Position numbers and translations under genes: made by a program
NCBI RefSeq assembly: GCF_001194135.2
Contig: NC_068983.1
Coordinates: forward strand, 16,280,340-16,330,046
Reading direction: 5' to 3'
Length of the DNA: 49,707 bases
Source of the DNA: Octopus bimaculoides
Taxonomy: Eukaryota
The notes under the pieces: model-generated
What the model was told of the DNA's origin: nothing
The model's input: only the letters and a program-made list of their open reading frames with translations
Database searches by the model: none
Shown here: piece after piece, positions 13,085 through 23,620 of the stretch
How positions within the stretch are numbered: position 1 is the first letter of the stretch
Layout of the letters: each line of letters opens with the position of its first letter

Positions 13085-14365
13085 TTTACCTTGCCACAGC
13101 AAGACAAATACCTTAATACTTCATGCTAAGGCTCTGATAAAGCTACATGATGTCACACTGACATTTCACTCTGGGTGCACAGTTCCATAGAGCCCTAACA
13201 GCAGTAAGCTAATGAAGGTGACAACATAACTCAGTCTTTTATCATTCATTTATGTATAAACCATTATCATTTAATGTCCATTTTCATGCTAGTATGGGTT
13301 AGAGAATTTGATAGGATCTGGCAAGCTGCAGGGCTGCATTGAGCTCCAGTATCAGCTTTGGTATGGTTTCTCCAGCTAGATGCCCTTCCTAATGCCAACA
13401 ACTTTACAATGTGTTTTGGGTGATATTTTTGTGCCACCAGCACTAATAAGGTTACAAGATAACTTGCAAAACAAAAAAGAACAAGGAAAGGAAAAAATCC
13501 TCTTAAGTAAGTCAGAGGCTGGGAGGTGGGGTACTGAGGTGGAGTGGAGGAGATGGTTGTAAGCCAAGTGTTGAGAAGTTAAAAATATGACAAGAGTCCA
13601 GGTGTCTTGCTATAAAGGACATACATAACTACCCTGTAGTATATAGGAGTGGGAGTACCTGGAATGAAGGTAGAGATGGTGGTGACTAGAGCATCTCTAG
13701 ATACAAGAAGGTAAATATTTATCTATATATATACACAGATGAAGGGCTTCATATAGTTTCCAGCTACTGAATCCATTCACAAAGCAATAAAATAACATAA
13801 TCATTGTGTTGGCATGTTTGATGAAATTGTCTTGCAATTGGTGCTGGATTCAAAGACAATTGTAAACTTTGTGACAGAAGAAAAATTAAAGTTAACTATT
13901 TTTGTTGTGAAAAAGTTTAATGAAAGAGAATTGGAAACCATGAAACTGCACTGAACTACAGGTATCTCAATACTATGAGATGGACAATCACATCAAAGGA
14001 ACAGCAGACTTAGAGTGTGTGTGTGTGTATAAATAAAACACTCGGATTGTATTTAATTGTAAACAACTTAATTAAGTGAACAATCACAACAATGAATGTA
14101 AAAATACATAAAATATAAATAAAAATAAATATATTGAACTGTATACAACATGCTTTGGTGTACAATAGCATTAGTGCAGATTTATGTCGTATATATTGTT
14201 ATACTTCACTCAACTTCACTAGGTGGACATTTACATCCAAGTTACAGCAGATTTATTATATAGCAAATGAATACAAGGAACTGACAAGTTGCATTTAACT
14301 ATAGGCGTCTTAATGAAATGAGCAGTTACATCAAAGTAACACTCACTCTCTCTTGCTCTCTCTCT

Positions 14366-14399
<34 letters not shown>

Positions 14400-14401
<2 letters not shown>

Positions 14402-14703
14402 GCACTCTGTCAGTTGCAATGACAAGGGTTCCAGCTGATCTGATCAAGAGAACAGCCTGCTCATGAAATTAATGTGTAAGTAGCTGAGCACTCCACAGAC
14501 ATGTGTACACTAAACATAGTTCTCAGAGAGAGATCCAGCATGACACAGAATGTGTCAGAACTGAGTTGTACAGGTACAACTCAGTTTTACCAGCTGAGCA
14601 GACTGGAGCAGCATAAAATAAAGTGTGTCGCACAAGGACACAATGTGCCACCAGAAATCAAACTCATGACTGTGAGCCAAATACCCTAACCACTAAGCCA
14701 CAC
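14400..14703 (-). mobile_element. Related SINE sharing the OR-type head and tail but with a CORE-like centre (OR2-like), diverged
   Basis: Tail GGCACTCTGTC...GAGCACTCCACAGACATGTGTAC is shared with the young family. The centre reads TGTGTCCTTGTGCGACACACTTTATTT on the minus strand. Confidence 0.7.
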
Positions 14704-14719
14704 TTTTTCATATATCTTT

Positions 14720-14930
14720 GAGCCAGGTAACCACACACGTGCTGTTTGGGATATTTTTCATTTTCTTGACTTTCCATTTTCCTTTCTGATGAAGAGCTAT
14801 GCTTAAAATATCAAAAACCCTCTCTCTTTTTTCCACCTTTACCGAGCATCAAGCTAATACATTCCACATGCACATCCACTTGTTTTGTTATCGTTAGTTT
14901 TAATATTTGATTATTTGATTTCACTATATA
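14720..14930 (+). mobile_element. Older Penelope-like terminal copy with decayed hammerhead-like motif (14781-14817)
   Basis: CCTTT-CTGATGA-A-GAGC-TAT-GCTT-AAAA-TATC-AAAAA. Downstream TTACCGAGCATCAAGCTAATACATTC matches TTCCTGAGCGTTAAATTAATACATTC of the 46.6 kb copy. Confidence 0.55.
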
Positions 14931-15120
14931 TAAATAGAGAGAGAGACAGACAGACATACAGACAGATATACACACATATATACATAAATATATAGAGAGC
15001 AGGCATGGCCTTGTAGTTAAGAAGTTTGCTTCCCAACCACATAGTCATTAATGGCAAGGATATTTAAGTACAAGTAACACATGAGACATTAATGAAAATT
15101 CGAGTCAGCTATTTAGACAC

Positions 15121-15183
15121 CCTTCAATTGTTCTAAATTCATGACCCTCTGACAAAAACTTAACAGCACAATGCTCCCAAACT
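15121..15183 (-). CDS. Possible further exon (VWEHCAVKFLSEGHEFRTIEG)
   Basis: Acceptor ctgctaatgtttcag with a CTAAT branch-like motif; 63 bp, phase 2-2 if the weak donor gtgtct is used. Otherwise it reads on to a stop at 15105-15107. Confidence 0.3.
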
Positions 15184-15744
15184 CTGAAACATTAGCAGGT
15201 TTCAAACAGTTACTACAGACAAACCATCACACGCTATTATATAGCCTCATGATGTTGGTGGATTGGCAATATCACTGGAGTATTAGAGAAAATGCCATGT
15301 GGTATATTATGGCTCTGGGTTCAAATCTCACTGATGTGTCAGCATTGCCTGTCGCCCTTTTGAGACTCAATAAAATAAAGTACCAGTCAAGTACTGGAGT
15401 TAGCAGTACTAACTAACCCTCCTCCCTTCAAAATTTGAAACCTTGTGTAACTATATCCAAAACAATTATAAAGGGAGAGGAATGGCAGAATCGTTAAAAC
15501 ATTGATCAAAATGTCTTGCAGTATCTGTTCTGGCTTTTTTATGTTCTGAGTTCAAACCCAGCAAGGACAACTTTGCTTTCATCCTTCTGGGGTTACAAAA
15601 TAAAGTACCAGTTAGACATTTCAGGATTTGTACCTATGCTAGTTTCAATTATTATATGACTTCATTATTCTGAACCTACTCTTTCTAATAAATAACAAGA
15701 TATCAGAATCAAGTTTCATTTGTTAAACATATACGAAGAAGACC

Positions 15745-16072
15745 CCATTTGGTTATGAATGACTATGAGATTGCACCTCAAAAGTTCCCCTCTGAGGTAC
15801 AAGTCCAAGCAAGATTGTTATGGAAGACCAGCAGTCACCCAAGCTTACCAGCCTCTCCTCTCCTTGCCAATGATGTTATCCAAGGGAAAGGCAAAGTCCA
15901 ATACAGCTTGGCACTAGTGATGTCGCAACTCATTTCTACAGCTGAATAAACTGGAGCAACATAAAATAAAGTGTCTTGCTCAAGAATACTACACACAGCC
16001 CAGTCCGGGAATCGGACTCATTACCTCATGGTTGTGAGCCCAACGTTCTAACCACTGAGCCATGCATCTTCA
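15745..16072 (-). mobile_element. SINE with OR-type head, CORE-like centre and a different tail
   Basis: Head ...CTAACCACTGAGCCATGC and centre AAATAAAGTGTCTTGCTCAAG (plus strand). The tail CCATTTGG..ATGAATGAC..GATTGCACCT is also seen at 44928-45130. Confidence 0.7.
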
Positions 16073-16139
16073 CTATAAACACACGCACACAAACACACCA
16101 CACACACACACACACATAGTAAATTAGAAGAAATTATTA

Positions 16140-16930
16140 AGGCCAGAAATTTGTTGGGGAAGAGGTTGTCCAACTACATTGACTCCAGTACTTGTCTAAT
16201 GCCTTATCAAAATTGGAAGGATGAAAGGCAAAGTTAACTTCAGCAGGAATTGAAATCAGAATGTAGAGACTTGGAGCAAATACAAGACATTTTGTCCAAC
16301 ACTCTAACAATTCTACCAATCCAAAAACAACAACAATAATAATAATAATAATTCTTTCTACTACAGGTGCAAGGCCTGAAATTTTGGTAGGAGGGAGCTA
16401 GTCAATTACATCAACCCTAAATGGATGAAAGACAAGATTGACATTAGCAAGATTTGAACACACAACATAAAGAGTCATAAGAAATGCAGCTAAGCTATTT
16501 TTCTGACACTAAAGATTCAGCAAGCTCACTACCTTAATAATGATACTAATAATCCTTTCTACTATAGGTACACGGCCTGAAATTTTGTGGGAGGGAGCTA
16601 GTAGATCGCATCAACCCCTGTGCTCAACCAGTACTTATTTTACCAATCTCAAAAGAATGAATGGCAAAGTCAACTTCAGTGATATTTGAACTCAGGATGT
16701 AATGCTGAAAGAAGACTGCTAAGCATTTTGTCTGGCATAGTAGCTATTCTGCCAGCTCACTGCCTTTCCTCCTCCTCCTCCTCCGCTGCCGCCACCGCCA
16801 CCACCACCACCACCACCATTACTGATGACGATTTCAAATTTCGCCTCAAGGTCAGCAATTTTGGGGGAAAGAGTAAATCAATTACATCAACTGGTACTTA
16901 TTTTATCAACCCTGAAAGGATGAAAGAATA
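16140..16930 (-). mobile_element. Cluster of four same-orientation SINE 'family B' copies
   Basis: Four occurrences of G(G)ATGAAAG...AAAGT(T/C)AACTTCAG...ATTTGAACTCAG-type blocks, separated by (AAC)n/(AAT)n and trinucleotide runs. Confidence 0.75.
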
Positions 16931-16976
16931 ATAATAAAAACCAAAATCAGACATGACCGAATAGGACAGCACCTAC

Positions 16977-17084
16977 ATTGGGACATCTGTTGTCCTTATG
17001 ACATTCTTATTCCTAAAAAACTGGTATGAACACAAGTTACAGACAGTAATGTAGTTACTATTCTGAGGGACTTTAGCATCCATA
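16977..17084 (-). CDS. Candidate internal exon (SMDAKVPQNSNYITVCNLCSYQFFRNKNVIRTTDVP)
   Basis: Acceptor catttatctgtcag and donor AT|gtaggt; 108 bp, phase 2-2. The preceding 60-nt intron contains in-frame TGA TGA TAA TAA. Confidence 0.45.
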
Positions 17085-17144
17085 CTGACAGATAAATGCC
17101 AATAGACCTGATATTATTATCATCAGTGATCCTTAACAAAATAC

Positions 17145-17222
17145 CTGCTATCAGATATGATAGTACCAGCTGACCAAAATATATGAGTGAAAGAATTCGA
17201 AAAGATAGCATAACACAAGGAC
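17145..17222 (-). CDS. Candidate internal exon (RSLCYAIFSNSFTHIFWSAGTIISDS)
   Basis: Acceptor ttttcagtttccacattctag and donor CAG|gtattt; 78 bp, phase 2-2, in frame with the previous exon across a 131-nt intron. Confidence 0.55.
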
Positions 17223-17353
17223 CTAGAATGTGGAAACTGAAAACCGAAGCACTAGAGTAGGAGTAATAGGCATGGTTAAAAAAGGGGCTTCAAACTTCAT
17301 TGATAAACTATCTGGAAAATCAAATATACACAATATCCAAAAGATTCACTAAC

Positions 17354-17458
17354 CTCAACAGCCCATCTCTTGAGAAAATTCCTATTGTTATAACACTGTT
17401 ACTAGCCGTTGGTCTCAGGTAGAGACCTGGCTCATATCTAAAATGCCCCGAAATCAAG
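17354..17458 (-). CDS. Candidate internal exon of an unidentified host gene (LISGHFRYEPGLYLRPTASNSVITIGIFSRDGLL)
   Basis: Acceptor tatattttatattttag and donor AG|gttagt; 105 bp, phase 2-2, open frame. An in-frame alternative acceptor at 17437 gives 84 bp. Confidence 0.55.
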
Positions 17459-17595
17459 CTAAAATATAAAATATAATAATAATAATAATAATAATGTGTT
17501 ACTAAATGGAGAGAAATAGCACATGACAGCTTTAAAGTAATATGGTTTAAGTTTTTGTAAAGATTCAAAAGAAAGAAAATTATACACATGTGCAC

Positions 17596-17633
<38 letters not shown>

Positions 17634-19841
17634 GTGTAAATACACATATCCCTGCATATTTTAAATGCACATTCAGGTACACATGTCCCTGCATATTGTA
17701 AGAAGTGATTAAAAGGATTGGCAGCAGAAAGAGCATTCAACTGTAAAATATTATCTCAAAAATTTCCATCCATGCCAAACCATCATGAAAAAGTGGACAT
17801 TAAAACAATGCTAAGGATGATATGTGTATATACACACACACACACACTCATTTGAAAATGATGTGTCACACTCTCACTACTATGAGTGTCTTTCTTCTGT
17901 GTGTTTGTTCAGGCAATACAATGCTTGTAAGCATTTGTTTATTGCTTACTAAGAAATACACCATAATGACTTAAAATTACTAGATAAACTCTTGTATGCA
18001 TATTGAGTACTTTTTCTCTTGATGGAAAACCATACAACACAGATCATATATGTGAGTGTGAGCATGTATATGGTGTGTTATGTGTGTGTCTTATTAACAA
18101 TGCATCATCAAGCATTTCTGTTTGGATTACAGAAGATGCAATGGATCAAATCGTGCAGGCAGCTTTCCACTCCCCACCCAATCCAAAGGGTTTTTAATAT
18201 ATTTATTACAACCTATTATTTATAACCAAATTCACTTTAAAATACATCAGTTTTTCAACATTCATATTCTAAACATAACATTTTAAAGTGATTGCATTAA
18301 ATATTATTTCTATAAACAACTTTAAAAAAAAAACCCAAAAACTCTGATCAATTTGTTCAATACAAGAAAAATGGACTTACTTTAATGTTTTCAGCATAAA
18401 ACAATACAAGTTACTAGAAACATACTCTTATCCTTCAAGACATTTCTCTCGCATTTAATTTTTAACTCACTCAGCTTTACACAGTGATTTCTCAAGCACT
18501 TATTAGTAGATCCACAAATAAACTAAACAATGACCTGAATGTGAATTTAAGCACGGATGGATGGGTAAAACTACATTAAGTTAAAGTTGAGAGCAAAGAG
18601 AGGAGAGAGAATGAGTGTATGTGTGTGAGTGCGCGTGTGTATGTGTGTGAGTGCGCGTGTGTATGTGTGAGTGAGAGAGAGAGAGAGAGAAAGGGAGAGA
18701 TGGTGTTTGTGTCGATGTGTATACAGTAAGATGACAGAGTGAGCACAGCATGTATATATCCTAAATGTCTATACACAAGTCTTAGAAAAGCAGAACAAGC
18801 AGGAACAAAGGCCAGTTCATAGAGCTGGGGCATGAGTCACACGTGTACGTGGAAAAGTGAGTGTAGGGGAGCATGCAGGAGAGACGGTGTACACGCCACT
18901 TGCCATGGCAGAGACATGCACCAACACAGTTGTGCCAACAGCAGCAAGCCTTTCACCTAGTAAGTTCACAAATATTGTCCAACATTCTCAAACATGACAG
19001 ACAGCCAGGCAGGCAGAAAAGAGACAGTCACCCCCAACCACCCCCATATACACCCACACACACAAACTTACTCATTCTTGTACATAGGAATAAGGGGAAA
19101 GGTTGGGGGCATGAGAGTTCTTCTTTCCACCCATCCCTGCTGCCCTTCAAAGCACTTTTCTTCTTCTAGCAGGAACAGAAAAAAACTTCCTGTCAGTAAA
19201 GTCAGGCCCCAAACACTGGGCATATCTTGGAAAATACACATAATACTCCCCCACCCCCCACACACACACCTCCATCACCACCACCACCAGACACAAAATA
19301 CCTTGACAAGCATTTGATCAGCAGGTATCATTTACTAAGCCAACCAGCTGCGATGTGTTTAAAAGCCCTCTTGCTCCCACTTACAGCTAATATTACCAAC
19401 TAACTGATGTCAACAACTTATAGATTAAATGGCCAGTGGACAAATTTCATATATAAACAATTTCTAAAAAAATGTAATTAATAAATAAAACTTCAAAAAA
19501 AAAAAAAGACCAAAATTTTAAAATTTCACAGTCAGTTTACTTCATGAGGTGACAAAATTTTCATCACACCACTGTAAACTGGTCACTGTGTCAGTTCCAC
19601 TGTGTCTGTGACCAGGTCAATGTGATGAAAATTTTGATGCTTCATTAAATAAACTAAAAGTAACTTTAACTCATTTTTTTTTGTGCATTTTAAAAGACTA
19701 AAGAGAGAGAGACGTTTGCTAAGAGACGACAAACAGAACTCAGTATGTGCGTGTGTGTGTGATTTTAATTATGAGGATCTAGAATTCTTGAAGACAGTTC
19801 TCCAGCCTGATTGAAGTCAAATGACTAAAACCAGTAAGAAA

Positions 19842-20005
19842 GGGTGTATGCCCATGCAAAGGGTGTATGCCCATGCAAAGGGTGTACACCTTGCAAACTA
19901 GAGGGTGTATGCCCATGCAAAGGGTGTACACCTTGCAAACTAGAGGGTGTATGCCCATGCAAAGGGTGTACACCTTGCAAACTAGAGGGTGTATGCCCAG
20001 GCAAA
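19842..20005. repeat. Minisatellite with a 42-bp higher-order unit (19-bp A + 23-bp B)
   Basis: A = GGGTGTATGCCCATGCAAA and B = GGGTGTACACCTTGCAAACTAGA, in the order A A B A B A B A'. Confidence 0.95.
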
Positions 20006-20725
20006 TTATCTTAGATATATGTGTGTGATACTCTTGCATAGTAAGGTTTTTGCTATCAACTAGTCAAGGAATTCCTTTAATTGGGAGACCATACACTCAA
20101 CAGATTTTAAAATAAAATTCTTTAATGTTGGCTCCAGGACATGTTGCAAAAATAGAGATTTAAAATTTACAGTCTCCAGACTTAATACCTTTATAGATTT
20201 TTAATGCACAAAAGAGAAAAGAAATATTGCTGTAATCCTCTACCAGCACCACAAAGGAATCAGTGTGTAGATCAATAAAGTTGTCACAGTCAAGCAGCAG
20301 GTACTTTCTCACTTTGCAGTACTCTTTGGCTTTAAGGAAATCTATCAAACCAAACAATTCAGGCGATTTTGAATTTGCAACACACTTCCAAATCAAGCAT
20401 AACAAAACAAAACAAAACAAAACAAAATGCATGTAAAATATTTAAAGAAAGTAATTTTGTTGCCAAAATAGCAAGTAATAACTGAAATTTTAATTGGATG
20501 TCAGTTTATGAGAGGCAAGTTTAACTATTAAATGAAATTTCACTTCCTACAGCTGTCTATTGCCTGATGAGTGATGTAATTTTATAGCTAATAATGATTT
20601 ATTAATTAGGATTGGAGCTTCATTCATAAAGAGTTAAGTGTCTTCAGCAAGGACTCATTGCAAAGCTAACAGCAGGAACTGGCTTAATGACCTAACAGTC
20701 AGGTATTTGTTACCTCACTTTTTTC

Positions 20726-20769
<44 letters not shown>

Positions 20770-21504
20770 GAGAGAGAGATAGAGAGAAAAGATGTGACTC
20801 CCATGGTCAAACTGTAGGTCTGCATCATTGTCTTTAAGTCCACTTTTCCCATGCTGGCAAGGTTGACTAAAACTACTTGAGGCAGTATTCTACTAGATAC
20901 CCTTCTGGATGCTGACTCTTGGTTTTAAGTCAGCTTCTTTATCCTACATCACACATCAAACTATTGCCAAACATTTTATTTACGGAAGGTACAGACAATG
21001 TCATCCCTAACTGGAGCAGCATCTGTGCAAAAACTAAGGAAAACACAAACACACATCCACACCCCTCAAACACACACATACAAGAGGCTTCTATACAGTT
21101 ACTGTCTACCAAATAATTGTATTCAGAAGGAATTGGTCAACTAAAAGCTACAGGAGACACAGTAAGAGAGACCCTGAAACCATGTGGTTATGAAGTGATC
21201 TTTTTAACCCGAGGTAAGACTAGTGATGTTAAGTCTCCAAAATTATTTCCATCACTGAACTTGTCCTAGTGAGGTAGATTTTCCCATTAGGGAATCTGAA
21301 TCCAGCACTAAAACCTAACAAAATATATGTTATTTATACAATGCCTTCCCCTCACTGTTTAAAGTAAAATAACCACACCTCTCCATAAAACTGGAGTAAA
21401 CTCATTCCTGATGCAGCCACACAAGGGATAGTGGAAACAGTAAGGTGGACAGCTGAAAACTTAGATTAGTATAATTGAGTAGGACCTTAAATTAGTATCT
21501 GGTC

Positions 21505-21629
21505 CTAATGTCATTCTAAAAATAATCACGTCATGAAAATCATGAAGTTACTACATAATGCGTTATTACTTCAAAACAATATGAATAAATATTATACTTG
21601 ACAAAGTAATCTGAATGCTAAAGGATTAA
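21505..21629. mobile_element. MITE family 1 right-hand fragment
   Basis: AATGTCATTCTAAAAATAATCAC...GTAATCTGAATGCTAAAGGATTAA. Confidence 0.65.
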
Positions 21630-21791
21630 GTGATTTTACTAATAAAATAAATGGATGTTCATTGGTTTCAGGCATTGAATTAGCAAGTAAGTAGTGGAGC
21701 AATCTACAGACTCCAATAACCTTAACCCTTTTATTACCATATTCCTCTTGAAATTCATAGTCTTTATTTCAGTTAATTTGAAAATAATGTA

Positions 21792-22929
21792 GGATTTTTC
21801 TATCTACTTAATAATCTTTGCAACCATCTGAATAATCTTTGCAGCCAAGTGAATAATTTTTGCAAGCAATTTAATAATCTTTGCAAGCAATTTAATAATT
21901 TTTGCAAGCAATTTGATAATAAAAATTAGAAAAATTTTAAACATACACTTCTGTACAATTTATAAAACAAGGTAGTTCTTATGGAATAAAATTCTAAATT
22001 TGAAAAAGTTTGAAATATATTTGATCAAAGCACCCTAGACTGATATTGAAACTAAACTGTTTTAAATTCTAAAAAGTTCAAGAAAATAGATTTTTTTTTG
22101 TCTATAAAAATAGACAAAAAACCTTTCTAATTGGGTCTTGGAGACATTTGGCATTCAAGTATCAATAAGTACTATTGATAGAAACCTTTGCCAGTTTCAT
22201 TATACTTTAAAAACGGTCATGCTCGTTTCTCAGGGAGGCATATGCCATTGCTTATTGGAATCTTGAAGCGGATAATAATAAGAACTTTGGTCTTGTTACC
22301 ACCTAAAACCCTACTTCATCTAAAAAGACAAACAGAGGTTGTAATAGGAGTGGGCAATCAACATATGTATCTGTACTGGCTGCTCAAAGCAGAAGCATTT
22401 CTGTTGTAGTGGCCATGAATAAATATAGTATGATATACCATAAAATCTATAAGAAGACAGTAAATGAAGATTTTAAGAGATCTCTCCAAGAATTAAAGGC
22501 ATAAGAAATCCAGTATTTATTATGGATGATGCCAGAATTCACCACTACAGGGGGCTGTCTGAAGATTTGGAAGTAGCTACTTATAACATTAGGTATCTTC
22601 CACCATATTCCCCTTTTCTCAACCCAACAGAAAATATATTCTTTTTGGCAGAATTTGGTAATAAGGGGAAGTGCTATTAATGTAGAGGTCTTAGGGCACT
22701 TATTGAAAATAAGTTTGGGGGAATAACAGCAGAACACTGTGGGGCCCTTTTACAGAAAAATGTTGGGCTGTCTAATACATTCTGCAAAGCGAGAAATAAT
22801 TCTTGAATGAATTTATTTTCAATTCTTTTTATATAAATTTTTATTATTATATTGCTTGCAAAAATTATTAAATTGCTTGCAAAGATTATTCAAATAGTTG
22901 CAAAGATTATTAAGTAGGTAGAAAAATCC
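21792..22929 (+). mobile_element. IS630/Tc1/mariner-superfamily DNA transposon (D34E spacing, Gambol/IS630-like), internally decayed, long TIRs, TA target duplication
   Basis: Ends read TA|GGATTTTTCTATCTACTTAATAATCTTTGCAAC (21792) and its reverse complement ending ...GTAGGTAGAAAAATCC|TA (22929). Both arms carry 21-bp direct repeats. Transposase remnants lie between them. Confidence 0.88.
22080..22810 (+). pseudogene. Frameshifted DDE transposase (IS630/Tc1-like)
   Basis: Manual translation gives WVLETFGIQVSISTIDRNLCQFHYTLK, then SRSISVVVAMNKYSMIYHKI, then GIRNPVFIMDDARIHHYRGLSEDLEVATYNIRYLPPYSPFLNPTENIF, then FYRKMLGCLIHSAKREIILE* (stop 22808-22810). Asp at 22525 and Glu at 22630 are separated by 34 residues. 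The first catalytic Asp could not be located and appears deleted. Confidence 0.88.
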
Positions 22930-23564
22930 TATAAATAATTTGTTAAAATAATTGTTATTAAGCTGGAGTTTGAAACAAAAATTAAAGGGGGGGAAATTTT
23001 GCTGGTAAGTTTTAATTAAAACAATACAGTGGGATGAAACCTGAGAGCTCATAATAGCTAAATGAACTTCATAATGAGTTGAACATTCTGAGTCCAGTGA
23101 TTTTATGAGGGACACAATGAAATACTGGTAAAAGGAAATAAAAATGACCAGTTGGATGGCATATTGCCTGGTCTAGGATCTCATTGTAACACTACAAGGT
23201 AAAACGGATAAAAAAGAAAAGCTTTCCATGGTGATCATCATACAATGTCAAAGAAATGTTAGAAATTTAAAAAAGAAATATTGATTTATAAGACAGAGAG
23301 GGAGACGTGGTGAGCAGTAATGATATAGGCGAAATGCATTCGTTATAATCAGGAATCAAAATAGGACTTGCTCCAAATCAGCTTACCTCCTACTTACACA
23401 CACACACACACACACACACACAAGCAAGCACATAAATGCAAAACAAGGTGGAAAAAAATACTCAAATACCAAAGGAAGAGTAATGTGATTTTATTAAAGC
23501 TGAAAAAAATCTGTGAAACTGAGTAACAGTTTGTGAAGATTTTTTCAGTTTCATGTCTATGAGA

Positions 23565-23620
<56 letters not shown>

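Larger units (their letters stand above)
21722..23010. mobile_element. MITE family 2 copy split by the D34E transposon
   Basis: 21722-21789 (TTAACCCTTTTATTACCATATT...GAAAATAATG) resumes at 22932 (...TAAAATAATTGTTATTAAGCTGGAGTTTGAAAC...). Confidence 0.7.

Noticed and set aside
19779-20039. ORF with (MGIHPLVCKVYTLC)n, and the array's superficial CRISPR look
   Set aside because: Pure tandem repeat with no unique spacers or cas genes, in eukaryotic context; the ORF follows from the 42-bp period.
20160-20432. 90-aa minus-strand ORF (…DFLKAKEYCK…)
   Set aside because: Starts in an (TTTTG)n repeat and has no recognisable motif; a 29-bp exon reading is possible but unsupported.
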